DNA of 63,912 nt, counting the filler, from Octopus bimaculoides (Eukaryota): NCBI RefSeq assembly GCF_001194135.2. It is 6 parts of 6 records of this genome, joined end to end, with 100 filler letters (N's around TTAATTAATTAA, not from the genome) between each part and the next. Parts side by side here need not be neighbours in the genome. Positions count along the whole stretch, not along the records: positions 1 to 28,724 come from NC_068987.1; positions 28,825 to 33,584 come from NC_068984.1; positions 33,685 to 38,457 come from NC_068989.1; positions 38,558 to 45,317 come from NC_068991.1; 2 more parts are not named here. One strand, written 5' to 3'. This document shows, piece by piece, positions 26,536-39,776 of this stretch. The notes beneath the pieces are model-generated. The model was given only the letters and a program-made list of their open reading frames with translations. It was not told the DNA's origin and searched no databases. A program made the position numbers and the translations under genes. Each line of letters opens with the position of its first letter. Position 1 is the stretch's first letter.

Positions 26536-26633
26536 TATGTTTTACAGTTCGGACGAAAAGGTCTTGCTTCGGTATGTTTTACAGATCGGACGAAAAGGTC
26601 TTGCTTCGGTATGTTTTACAGATCGGATGAAAA
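26536..26633. repeat. 37-bp tandem repeat, about 2.6 copies
   Basis: tatgttttacagatcggacgaaaaggtcttgcttcgg starts at 26536, 26573 and 26610. Confidence 0.9.
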
Positions 26634-27689
26634 GAAATAAGACCGAAATATCTGATGTTGTCTCTCGTAATGCTAAAATAATTAAATGAATATTAGTCAT
26701 TGACGAATATCAGTTCCAAATTTTGGCACAAGGCCAGCAATTTCAGGGGAGGGGCTAAGTCGATTACATCGACNNNNNNNNNNNNNNNNNNNNNNNNNNN
26801 NNNNNNNNNNNNNNNNNNNNNNNNNNNNNNNNNNNNNNNNNNNNNNNNNNNNNNNNNNNNNNNNNNNNNNNNNNNNNNNNNNNNNNNNNNNNNNNNNNNN
26901 NNNNNNNNNNNNNNNNNNNNNNNNNNNNNNNNNNNNNNNNNNNNNNNNNNNNNNNNNNNNNNNNNNNNNNNNNNNNNNNNNNNNNNNNNNNNNNNNNNNN
27001 NNNNNNNNNNNNNNNNNNNNNNNNNNNNNNNNNNNNNNNNNNNNNNNNNNNNNNNNNNNNNNNNNNNNNNNNNNNNNNNNNNNNNNNNNNNNNNNNNNNN
27101 NNNNNNNNNNNNNNNNNNNNNNNNNNNNNNNNNNNNNNNNNNNNNNNNNNNNNNNNNNNNNNNNNNNNNNNNNNNNNNNNNNNNNNNNNNNNNNNNNNNN
27201 NNNNNNNNNNNNNNNNNNNNNNNNNNNNNNNNNNNNNNNNNNNNNNNNNNNNNNNNNNNNNNNNNNNNNNNNNNNNNNNNNNNNNNNNNNNNNNNNNNNN
27301 NNNNNNNNNNNNNNNNNNNNNNNNNNNNNNNNNNNNNNNNNNNNNNNNNNNNNNNNNNNNNNNNNNNNNNNNNNNNNNNNNNNNNNNNNNNNNNNNNNNN
27401 NNNNNNNNNNNNNNNNNNNNNNNNNNNNNNNNNNNNNNNNNNNNNNNNNNNNNNNNNNNNNNNNNNNNNNNNNNNNNNNNNNNNNNNNNNNNNNNNNNNN
27501 NNNNNNNNNNNNNNNNNNNNNNNNNNNNNGAAAAGGCAGACAGCAGATCGGTGAGTTGGGTGGAGGCTGGAGCGTGTAGGTGAGCCCACTTCGGCAAAAT
27601 ACTTCTAAAAAATACATGTGGGTCTTAGCTGGAATTACTTCAGTCATAATCCTGGGCAATGAGGGCCGACTTGGAGCTAAACAACAACA

Positions 27690-27725
<36 letters not shown>

Positions 27726-27797
27726 ACTACTACTACTATTACTACAATTTCTACCACCACCACAACACTACCGTCACTACGGCACTACCACCACCTT

Positions 27798-27842
<45 letters not shown>

Positions 27843-27921
27843 CACCATTGTTACTGCCACTACAACCACCACTACTACTACTAATACAACCTTCACTACC
27901 ATACTACAACTATATCACCAT

Positions 27922-27960
<39 letters not shown>

Positions 27961-28724
27961 ATGTACTAAAGTTTTCTTAGTTAGGTGCAGTATGTTAAAG
28001 TCAATTCTGACAGCCATTTTGCATCACCCGTTTAATAATTACGACAGACGAATCCATTCCATGAAAACCGACCTTATGGACCCATGTCATTCCTGAAAGG
28101 ATTTACCGCCGTTTATATTATATAGTTACGTCATTTAATCAACTAAAGTATGCGGACGATGCTGGTCGTATAGTTTGTCAAAGAAAATTCTTATCTTTAT
28201 TGTGATTGATGATCGCACCTTTCAGCCAATGCACGCGATTAGGTGTGTTACCATAGAAAAACAGGAACTCACTCTCTCACTCTCACTCGCCCTCTCACTT
28301 TTTTTATCTATCTATCTATCTATCTGTCTCTCCCTCTGTGTGTGTGCGTGCGTGTGTCTGTATCCATATGTAAGTTTTATGAGATTGAAGTCGTTTGCAG
28401 CGAGACATCCCTAAAGTTGTCAACATAACTGCCAAAGATTAGACACGAAGTTCTCCCTATTACCTCCTTTGAAAATAATTTCCATGAAATACAATGACTT
28501 TTCTTCCATTTATGATAATAATTAAATATCATTTTTAGTTTAGCACCAAAATACTCAAGTATTCAAGTATGATGGCCTGCATATATGTTCTAGTTAGCTT
28601 TTTGATGTTCCCCATATCAAATTGAGTTAAGGACCTATAATCCTTTAAGGGATGCTAACATCGTAGTTCTCCGGTTTATAACAGTGTTCAGTGAAAACTA
28701 AATATATTAGTTTTGCATTGATAT

Positions 28725-28824
28725 NNNNNNNNNNNNNNNNNNNNNNNNNNNNNNNNNNNNNNNNNNNNTTAATTAATTAANNNNNNNNNNNNNNNNNNNN
28801 NNNNNNNNNNNNNNNNNNNNNNNN
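28725..28824. other. Artificial gap marker: 44 N + TTAATTAATTAA + 44 N (also near 33629, 38502, 45362, 58453)
   Basis: The same 12-mer, with stops in all six frames, sits inside five separate short gaps. Confidence 0.9.
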
Positions 28825-29141
28825 ATATATATATATATATATATATACGACGGTCATTTTTCAGTTTCCGTCTACCAAGTCCACTTACGAGGCTTTAGTC
28901 TGCCCGAGGCTATAGTAGAACAAACCTATCTAAAGTGCCACACAGTGGGACTGAACCCATAACCACGTGATTGGGAAGCAAGCGCCTTACCATACAGCCA
29001 CGCTTCTGCCTGATATCATGACATTTTTCTTTTGTGAAGGTTATTTCTATAGATATTCTATAGAATTTATTTGTTGCTACAACGTTTCGTATTGAGACGT
29101 CAGTTGTAAACAAACAATGAGGTCGAAGACAAAAATGGCTA

Positions 29142-29192
29142 ATGAGCGTATATGCCATATTTCGGGGTTGTTGCTCCTTCATCAGCACGCAT
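29142..29192 (-). ncRNA. Type I hammerhead ribozyme motif (left arm)
   Basis: atgcgtg-CTGATGA-a-GGAG..CCCC-GAAA-TAT-ggc-ATAT-A-cgctcat. Confidence 0.7.
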
Positions 29193-29468
29193 CCAACCAA
29201 CTATTGTCTCCAAACGCATTGCTTATATAACCACTGCATACAGCGGTGTTATGTTATTAGATATACCGATTTACATATTCAACGCATTCCTGAAGCTGGT
29301 ATGTAAAGACTAATGATATGTAGGTACGTGGTAGTTAGTTATGCAACGTAGTCTTTACGCACCAGCTCTAGGAATGTGTTTGATATGTAAATTAGTATAT
29401 CCAATAGCTTAACACTGTTATATGCGGTAGCTATATAAGCAATGTGTTCGGAGGCGAGAATGGGTTAG

Positions 29469-29520
29469 ATGAGCGCTGATGAAGGGGCAAAAATCCCCGA
29501 AATATAGCATATACACTCAT
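29469..29520 (+). ncRNA. Type I hammerhead ribozyme motif (right arm)
   Basis: ATGAGCG-CTGATGA-a-GGGG-caaaaat-CCCC-GAAA-TAT-agc-ATAT-A-CACTCAT. Stem I 6/7 paired; predicted AUA cut after 29513. Confidence 0.78.
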
Positions 29521-29760
29521 TACCCATTTTTGTCTACGATCTCATTGTTTGTTTACACCTGACTTCTCGATACGAAACGTTGTTAGCAAAAAAATTAGTG
29601 CTGGCTATAATTTCTATAAAATATCTGCAGAAATAACCTTAACAAAATATAAAAGCTCTAGAACCTGGTTTTGACCTATAAAAGCATTTAATATACTTTA
29701 TAATATATTGTGGTTGCATAACGAAATACTACGTGCCTACAAATCATTAGACTATGACAT

Positions 29761-30120
29761 TTATAAATAGTTAATTAACAGCCCAGAAATATATAGACGG
29801 GTAAAATACTTCCACATCACGAGGTTTCGGAACAATTGTCCATAGTTATTGTTTATCTCCTTGATTTTCACATCAGTTGGACAGCTGACCTCTATGGCAA
29901 AAGTATTGACCATCATGTATGTATGGTCGCTTTTTAATGTAGAATAAATTTTCATAGCTACCTGTTTTGAAGCAATGCTGTGAAGCCTCTTATTTTGTTC
30001 ATCAATCCTTAAATCGTAAGAACGCCCTACAAACTTTTATAGTCACAAATATCGCGATGAATTAAAGATCTACGTTCTTTCCACAAGTACCCCCAAGTTA
30101 AGCCATACTTTGCTCCAGGC
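29761..30120 (-). mobile_element. RLE-type non-LTR retrotransposon endonuclease fragment
   Basis: KSDHTYMMVNTFAIEVSCPTDVKIKE..NNYGQLFRNL resembles the PD..IEVSCP restriction-like endonuclease motif. Confidence 0.55.
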
Positions 30121-30169
30121 GGGTTGATACGTATTCTGTTGCTCTAATAATTCTTTCGACTAAAAGCAG

Positions 30170-30365
30170 AAGGACTGAAATTTGGGGACAGGAGACTAGT
30201 TGATTACATCCACCCAAGTGTTTCACTGGTACTTAATTTATCGACCCAGAAAGGATGAAAGGCAAAGTCAACCTTTGGCGGAATTTGAACTCAGAACGCA
30301 GCGATCGGTGAAATACTTCTAAGTGTTTTGCGCGGCACGCTAATGATTCTGCCAGCTCGCCACCT
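30170..30365 (-). mobile_element. SINE family A/B copy
   Basis: Conserved head and core. Confidence 0.82.
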
Positions 30366-31409
30366 TCCTGATCACTGATAATAATAGGTATGAAGTTGGC
30401 ATTCTACCTTGGGTACTGGATTCACAAGCTCCTTATCAATGGTCCATAGATGTCCTCTGTCGTATTTTCCTAACCACGTGTATGTATCTATGCATGAATG
30501 TAACAAGGTTCTCTCAGTTTCNNNNNNNNNNNNNNNNNNNNNNNNNNNNNNNNNNNNNNNNNNNNNNNNNNNNNNNNNNNNNNNNNNNNNNNNNNNNNNN
30601 NNNNNNNNNNNNNNNNNNNNNNNNNNNNNNNNNNNNNNNNNNNNNNNNNNNNNNNNNNNNNNNNNNNNNNNNNNNNNNNNNNNNNNNNNNNNNNNNNNNN
30701 NNNNNNNNNNNNNNNNNNNNNNNNNNNNNNNNNNNNNNNNNNNNNNNNNNNNNNNNNNNNNNNNNNNNNNNNNNNNNNNNNNNNNNNNNNNNNNNNNNNN
30801 NNNNNNNNNNNNNNNNNNNNNNNNNNNNNNNNNNNNNNNNNNNNNNNNNNNNNNNNNNNNNNNNNNNNNNNNNNNNNNNNNNNNNNNNNNNNNNNNNNNN
30901 NNNNNNNNNNNNNNNNNNNNNNNNNNNNNNNNNNNNNNNNNNNNNNNNNNNNNNNNNNNNNNNNNNNNNNNNNNNNNNNNNNNNNNNNNNNNNNNNNNNN
31001 NNNNNNNNNNNNNNNNNNNNNNNNNNNNNNNNNNNNNNNNNNNNNNNNNNNNNNNNNNNNNNNNNNNNNNNNNNNNNNNNNNNNNNNNNNNNNNNNNNNN
31101 NNNNNNNNNNNNNNNNNNNNNNNNNNNNNNNNNNNNNNNNNNNNNNNNNNNNNNNNNNNNNNNNNNNNNNNNNNNNNNNNNNNNNNNNNNNNNNNNNNNN
31201 NNNNNNNNNNNNNNNNNNNNNNNNNNNNNNNNNNNNNNNNNNNNNNNNNNNNNNNNNNNNNNNNNNNNNNNNNNNNNNNNNNNNNNNNNNNNNNNNNNNN
31301 NNNNNNNNNNNNNNNNNNNNNNNNNNNNNNNNNNNNNNNNNNNGCATGTATATACACATGTAGATGTAAGTATGTACATATATGTGTGTATACATGTATA
31401 TATATTCTT

Positions 31410-31490
<81 letters not shown>

Positions 31491-31746
31491 CCCAGTATTT
31501 TTTTTTCAATTTTGTTACTTATTCTAACGGTTCTTTAACCGAACCGCTATGTTACGGGGACGTAAATGCACCAACACCGGTTGTCAAGCGGTGGTAGGGG
31601 GCAAACGCACACACACACGCGTACACACACACACACTGGCACATACACACACTCGCACGTACACATGCACACGCACATACACACGCACACACCAACACAC
31701 ATGCACACACACGTATGTTTATTCATATATGCGTGTATAGGAAGGG

Positions 31747-31890
31747 CAGGGCCGGCCCTAGAGTTGTTGGCGCCCCGGGCAAGCTAAATTTCGGCGCCCT
31801 TACAAGTATAATTTTTTAAACTTTCACAAGAAGAAAAACTGAAAATGTAGACTAAAATGCACATGGCACCCCGGGTGACTGCCCGCTTCA
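31747..31890 (+). mobile_element. GC-rich hAT-type MITE-like end
   Basis: CAGGGCCGGCCC terminus with repeated GGCGCCC subterminal motifs; a similar start (agggccagattaag) occurs near 17572. Confidence 0.4.
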
Positions 31891-32419
31891 TTAAAGGGCT
31901 TCTTTCAGTTTCCGTTTACCAATTCACTCACAAGGCTTTGGTCGGCCCCAGGCTAGAGCAGAAGACATTTGAATGAACCCGGAACCATATGGCTGGAAAT
32001 CAAGCTTGTTACCACACAGCCACGCCTGCACCTGTTAATAATAGTGTTAATTTTTGTAAAAAAATATAAATAAAACGTGCAATTTTTAACGTTGATATTA
32101 CTTTCTATCAGATATGTTATCTATCAACCTGTTTAATGCAGCATATTCATTCATTCAGTAATAAACGTACTTGCTAAGATAATGTTGTTCTGTTTTTTTA
32201 GTTTTTGTTTTTCTTTTGTTCTTTTTTTAATGAAAACTATGATATTTCAGTTATTTTCTTTTGTCACGTGTCACGTCACATGTCATGAAACGCTTCAGAA
32301 AAAAAAAGAAGCAGTAGTGACCTATTTCCTGTTACTAGATCTAAGTACTGTACGTCTTTTCTTATCACCTCCACGCAGAACCCGTTTGCTTCTCTCGCTC
32401 AAAATCTCCTTCATTTGGA

Positions 32420-33240
32420 TAACATTGACATAGTGTGTGGTAAGAAACTTGCTTCCCAACCACATACATAGCTCCAGGTTTAGTCCCACTGTATGGCAAC
32501 TCGGGCAAGTCTTGTGAGTGGATTTGGTAGACGGAAACTGGAAGAAGCCTGTCGTAAATACACACACACACACCCACATATATATATATATATATATACT
32601 CTTTTTTTTTTTTTACTCGTTTCAGTCATTTGACTGTGGCCATGCTGGAGCACCGCCTTTTTTTAGTCGAGCAAATCTACCGCAGGACTTATTTTTTGGA
32701 AGCCTAGTACTTATTCTATCGGTCCTTTTGCCGAACAGCTAAGTTACGGGACGTAAACACACCACCATCGGTTGTCAAGCGATGTTGGGGGGACAAACAC
32801 AGACACACAAACACATACATATATATACATATATACGACGGGCTTCTTTCAGTTTCCGTCTACCAAATCCACTCACAAGGCTTTGGTCGGCCCGAGGCTA
32901 TAGTAGAAGACACTTGCCCAAGGTGCCACGCAGTGGCACTGAACCCAGAACCATGTGGTTGGTAAGCAAGCTACTTACCACACAGCCACTCCTATATATA
33001 TAAGTATATATTTGCGTGTGTGTGTCTGAATTTGTCGCCCCTGTCATCGCTTGCGAACCGATGCTGGTGTTTTTATATGCTCGAAACCCAGCGGTTCGGC
33101 AAAAGAAACCGATAGAATAAGTACTAGGCTTACAAAGAATAAGTCCTGGGGTCGATTTCTTCGACTAACGCCTTTTAAGGCAGTGCTCCAGAATGACCGC
33201 AGTCAAATGAATGAAACAAGTTAAAGAATAAAAGAATACA
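32420..33240. mobile_element. Nested/inverted cluster of SINE family C pieces (+ head 32420-32545; - full 32612-32992; + tail 33040-33236)
   Basis: Direct homology to 23980-24389 in both orientations. Confidence 0.88.
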
Positions 33241-33684
33241 GTAAACTCCTTCGTATCCGACACTCAAATATCCAGAACTCCCAATCAACCGGCACGCAGA
33301 TCAAAAAAAATTAGAGAAAACGTGTTGATTAGAATCGAGAGAATTCGCGCTAATTTGAGTTAATTAATTGTCATTAAAAGAAAGTTTATACTGTATCTAG
33401 AATAGATCATTGCTTCTCAAAGTACACAGTACCATATTTTTTGTTTGACTGTATTTACACTACCTTTATTTTATTTGGTTAATAAAACGTATTCTTTAAA
33501 TATCTATATTTCTTCCTATTTCTCCCATTTCTACCATATGCAGAATATTAATGATAATACTGATGTGTATATATATATATATATNNNNNNNNNNNNNNNN
33601 NNNNNNNNNNNNNNNNNNNNNNNNNNNNTTAATTAATTAANNNNNNNNNNNNNNNNNNNNNNNNNNNNNNNNNNNNNNNNNNNN

Positions 33685-33726
<42 letters not shown>

Positions 33727-33880
33727 GTAATACGGAGCAAGTGGTTCAGCAGAAAATATTTGCTAAGATACCATTAACTCTATTATTAAATAGGATAAAA
33801 TCATTAGAAATGATAACAGAATTAATATTATAGGCGATTGCAGGCCCCAAAACGCATTAAATAGCTGACAGATTAACATT

Positions 33881-34066
33881 TATATTAATCAAAGGACATA
33901 CTGAGTATGAGTACCTGCTAGAAATAACAGTCAAAACTAATTATTTATATCGCCGACAAAAACACTGACTATAATTACAGAAAATAACAGTCGGTGTTTT
34001 AAATAATTAGTTTTGACTGTTATTTCTAGCAGGTAGACATACTCAGTATGTTCCTTGATTAATATA
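33881..34066. repeat. About 186-bp fold-back hairpin containing the family-F motif acctgctagaaataacagtcaaa
   Basis: Arms 33881-33947 and 34001-34066, plus an inner stem aaaacactgact/agtcggtgtttt. Confidence 0.8.
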
Positions 34067-36023
34067 TATATTACACACACATACACACACACACCCACAT
34101 GTTTATTTAGCTAATATTAGATGTATTAGATAAATGTAAACCTATCGTCATATACAGTATCTACGGTTTCAAAGAGATCAGTTTTCCTCTGTTAGGGATA
34201 TTATCGGCTACTGACTCCTCTTTAATCCACTTTTGAAGCATACTGTTTGTGAGCACATTATTTGTTAGGCCTTAAATCGGAGGGGCTGATTTTTCCTCCC
34301 TTGAATACATTTTATTCAGGCACAAAATGTTGGTGACACAGGTCAGCCGCACTGCTGTTGATTTACAAAGAACCAGCTAACTCTGTTAGGAGATCGTTGT
34401 AGTGTTAAGCGATAAAAGAAGTGATAGCATCCATTCTTATGATAGAGACGTATGTATAACTCTATAACATATAGAATTGTCCAAAATATATAGATTTATT
34501 CTATATTAGTGTTAAAACAAGCAGAATAGTGTTGAAACAAGCAGCTAATAGCAAACAATTTATTAATCAAACTAGTTCCTAAAAATGCGCTATATGTGCA
34601 AATCACCCAGTCCGAATTACTTGATGTTTTAGTGATGCTGAGTGTATAATTAATGCTTTTGCGCAGTTTGGTAGGGTACTCAGTTGCTGGTGAAATCCTA
34701 ACAGAGGATTGGAACTTATTTGACTTTTGCGTCATTTTCAGTCCATAAATATATTGTTTGTAGAAACAAGTTGTTTACATTTGTCCATTACATAAAATGT
34801 TGTCTAAATTTATTTGACAAATATTAGCTGTTGCTCAGGTATGTAGGTATGTCCTCTCCTAACTATTGTTGTTTATCCAAGAGAGAAGGTACCCACTTAA
34901 TCCAAATACAACTTGTCATCAAACACCTTGATGTCAGAACGCAAATATTCAGAAGATATTACACAAGGTAACTTGCCCAAGCCTTCAACAATTCCATCAA
35001 TTCACCGACCTGTACTGGTACTTTTTTAATCTCAGAAAGGACGAATAGCAAAGTTGATCTCGGTAGATTTTGAACACATCGCAGAGATTCGGAACAAAAG
35101 CTGCTTAGCTTTCTATCTATCCAGCGCTGTAACGACTCTATCCATTCACTTCTTTAGCATGAAGGGGACATAATATAAATCCCCTCCTGTAAAAGACACG
35201 AGTCTGTCACATATAGATTTTCCCCATGGTAGTAACTGAACAAAACACTATAACATAGCGTCTCACTCGTCAGCAACTGAGTGCTGCCTCTGCTTTCAGT
35301 AACAGATCATATCGCCTCCTAGAGATAGGTGACTATTGATACAGGTCAGCAACACGACAGTTAATTTACGAAGTAACTATCTCTGTTTGGAGATCGTTAT
35401 AGTTATAAGTGATAAAAAACGTGATAATATCCACTCCCATGAAAGAGATGTGGGTTAACCCTATTAGCATTTTCCCGAGTGGGATTAATTGATCTCGCCA
35501 TGCAAATTAGCTAATTACTCCTCTACAAAGTAGCGTAGCCGTTGCTTACAATCGTGGGCTAAGTATACTCCCATGAGGGGTACCTTTACTTCTAAGTGGA
35601 CTCGGTGGTTGGGAGTTGATAGCTTGATGACAAAATGGTGTTGGTGACTGTAAACGCACCAGTTACTTCTCGGTTGATTTCTAATAGTGTAACCCCTCAG
35701 CCACCGGTGTTGGAGAATTCTTCTCGTTTCAATCGTTAAACAAACGAGAAGAAACAACAATGGTGGGGATCAGTTTTCGAAGAATAAGATCAATTCCATG
35801 GTTTGTTATAAGTTGATAATACAAGAAGATTCAATCAGGAGAAATAATAATGCCAAGCTCCCGACTAAACACATCCACAACCCACATTACCGCCATACTA
35901 TCAACAAACTGTCAATACAAACAACTTCCATTTCTGCCTCTCCGCAACTGCCGCCGACGTTATCTTCATTCATCTTCCGCCTCCTACCCCTCCACTCCCC
36001 ACAATTAATACCACCACCACTAC

Positions 36024-36074
<51 letters not shown>

Positions 36075-36765
36075 ATGCTGCTGCTGCTGCTGCTGCTGCT
36101 GCTACCATTGCTACCGCATCCACCAGTTAAATAATGAAAAAACTTGAGCCTAAATAAACGAAATGTCCGCTTGTAATATATTGAAACAAAACGCTGTTAA
36201 GTTGGGCAAAATGTTAAAGCAGACGCCATGTCTAGAGGTAGAATATTTAGTTGCTTTCGTTCCGGAAACTTCCGGAAAACTTCCGGAAAACTTCCATGTA
36301 ATAAGAGCCATATTGTATTGACATGAATCTAATGCCCAATAGAATGTCTTGAATATATACGTTCGCTTTCTGTTCATTCCCAAAAGGAAATCTTATCGTT
36401 TACAGAGATCCACAGACTTTATTATATCAAAACAATATAATTGTTCGTTTTTGTTGTTATAGTTGTAATAGCTGTGGTCATAGTATTAGTAGTTGTATTA
36501 TTAGTTATTGTTGCTTCAATATTTAACAATCATTTCCAGTAAAGTCTATGATTTTTGTTAACATCAGTAATTGAAATTCAATCCAACTACAAAAGAGATC
36601 ATTTTTGAAATTGAAGAGTTTTATATGTTTGTTTAGTTCATTGTTGTTTGCTTAGCGTTTGTTACTCGTTTACTGGACACGTGTTATGCGTGTATGTGTG
36701 TGTCTATGTCTGCATATGTGCGAGTGCGTGCGCTTGTCCCTCTCTCTCTCTCACACACACACACG

Positions 36766-36800
<35 letters not shown>

Positions 36801-36867
36801 CACACGCACACACACACACATATTTACATACATACATACATACATATATATATACATACATACATAT

Positions 36868-36910
<43 letters not shown>

Positions 36911-38311
36911 TCTATGTGTATATATTTATGTACATGCATATACATATATACATATACATATATACAAAAATATCTATACATAGACACATGCATGTGTACA
37001 TGCATACATGCACACATACAGATATATAATTATTGGTATACGTGTTCACACACGTGTGTCTGTGTAATTATTTAATTATATTTCATTTTATCAAGTGGTG
37101 AATAAAAATTTCATATCTTGTTGTTGTTGTTGTTGTTGTTATTGTTGTTGCTGTTGTTGTTATTCTCCTCCTCCACCTTCTTTTTCTTTACCTGGAAGTA
37201 TACTTATGTTCTAATGCATGTTACGTTCCACTCTAGCAATCTGTCCTATCAATTGATTCTCTCATCACAGAAAACACGAGTAGCCATCTTAATTTTTTCT
37301 CCTTCTTTCCTTTTAGGAGTTAAGCAGCCGTATTGTTGAGAACTTGAGTTCAATTCTCCTATCCAATGCATACCAAAGCGTTGAGGATTAACTGAAAGTA
37401 GCAAAATCCCTAAGAAAGATGAGAGTAAATCTGAAAGGATTTGTAGCTGATTAAGGCTAACTGAAATTGACTTAGAATAATCTGAAAAGAGGCATACGAA
37501 TGTGTTAATTTGTGCATATATATGGAGGTGTATGTCTGGATAGGTGTGGATGTACTTGCATCCGTGCAATTGGTGTACATGCTTCTTTAGTACATGTGTT
37601 TGTATTTGAGAAAGAGAGAGAGAGAGAGAGAGCGTGAGAGGATAAGAAAGCGTGGGAGAGAGAGTGAAAGAGAGAGAGAGAGCGATTACGCTTTATGCGT
37701 GTCTGCTATATACACACACGCGGTTGTGTAGTTAAGTTCATTTCCAAGAAACTAAAATGAAGAATCATTGAAGATGTTTTACAAATACTCTTTGTATCAC
37801 CAGTTGATTGGGTCTGAAGGGTGTGTGTCAGTTTGCCTTACTCATTCTTGGAAACCCCGACAAATACATTATTTTGTACAAATCTTGCACAAATCTTTTA
37901 TCACATTTTCCAGTGCACCTATAGTAATTGGCGAGAATGATATGAGAATCTTCATCCAGAATGCATCAGATGTAAATTCCACTCCTGTTCTCCATAAATA
38001 TTCCCTATTTTCCACGAATTTAGACTACAGAAATTTACGTACGCTTGGCAGCCGACCTCAAACAACAGCGCATTAATTTTACTCATTGTCGCAAATAGCA
38101 AAACCATTTCCAATATATTTGTATCCAGTTTCTGTTTTTATTGGATTGCTCCATGAGCATAAACAGAAAGAAGATCGCAGAGGCGCGAAACACAAGTTGC
38201 TAGACAAAGTAATTCTATTATGTAATATACATTAAAATTCGCATTAAATATTCTTATTCTCCTTTGTTGATGAACTAAAAAATTTGAATACACAAGTAGA
38301 TAGATAAGTAG

Positions 38312-38380
<69 letters not shown>

Positions 38381-38862
38381 TATGTATGTATGTATGTATG
38401 TATGCATGAATATGTGTGCGTATACATGTAAATGACCATACACACACACACACACACNNNNNNNNNNNNNNNNNNNNNNNNNNNNNNNNNNNNNNNNNNN
38501 NTTAATTAATTAANNNNNNNNNNNNNNNNNNNNNNNNNNNNNNNNNNNNNNNNNNNNTATGTATATATGTATGTATGGATATATGTATATATATTTAAAA
38601 ATACATCCATGTTTACACACACATATGTATATGTATACATACATAGCTAGACAAATAGATACGCATGTAGTACATACGTACATAACCAAATCTTGAATAT
38701 ATAGAATTGTAGCATACATAACCTATGTGGAACTGACACGACTATGAATATAAATATGCATTCGTCTACATACAGACACAAGCACATATCTGTCTTTCTG
38801 TCTCTCTATGTATGTATGTTTGTATGTATGTATGTGTGCATAAATTTATATTTATCTTTGTG

Positions 38863-38897
<35 letters not shown>

Positions 38898-38925
38898 GTC
38901 TCTCTCTCTCTCTCTCTCTCTCTAT

Positions 38926-39007
<82 letters not shown>

Positions 39008-39745
39008 TTCTGTGTGTACGTGTATCTGCATGTGTATGTGTGTGTGTTTAATTCATCGTTACACAGATCTGTAGATAAATACTCACGCACCTCCCCCCCA
39101 CACACAGATACATACACACACAGAAATTCACACACATGTGGCATACTTATCATACATGCGTACGTTCATGCTGATAAACGCACAGAAATACACAAATACA
39201 CACACACGCATGCAGACGCACACATACACGCAAACACACACACACACATACACACGCACACACGGACAAATACACACACATACATATACTATAAATAATT
39301 AAATGGTTATTGATGTAAAAGTGTTGGGGTGAAAGTTGATAACCTCCGGGCGAGTTGTTATTGAATGGACGTGTTTCAAAAACTATTTGGTTTGACAAAG
39401 GATGGCAGGATTAAATTCCTTTACCTATTACCATCATTAAATGCCATTCACCTGTGGGAATACGGTCTGGTGTTTGAAATCTTCGTAGCAGCCATCGTAG
39501 TTATGATCAGTTAGTTATGGCTGCTATCAAATGAACAGTAGAGTTGTCTGACATACAAGAGAAACGAGTTTTAAAGTATTGTGATTACATAAATTACATC
39601 TTCGATCGATTCTAAATGTACACACAAGCACTCAAACACATACATGAAAGCACAGACACTCGCTCGTATGCAAACATGCCTACGCGGACTCACACATACA
39701 TGTAAACTTACATTGATAAGAACATACATAGATACACGCTAGCAT

Positions 39746-39775
<30 letters not shown>

Positions 39776-39776
<1 letters not shown>

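Larger units (their letters stand above)
29030..29648. mobile_element. About 620-bp imperfect fold-back element; probable inverted PLE pseudo-LTR pair
   Basis: 29030-29310 is the reverse complement of about 29350-29648; each arm carries a hammerhead motif. Confidence 0.8.

Noticed and set aside
26536-26633. CRISPR-like 37-bp repeats (also the 20-bp repeats at 54431)
   Set aside because: Units are contiguous with no spacers; eukaryotic context; no cas genes.
28769-28780. TTAATTAATTAA islands inside N runs (also 33629, 38502, 45362, 58453)
   Set aside because: Identical 12-mer embedded in five short gaps with stops in all frames; assembly padding, not biology.
35718-35753. Perfect 12-bp stem hairpin (also a 10-bp stem at 39486-39526)
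   Set aside because: Too short for a pre-miRNA; no other support.
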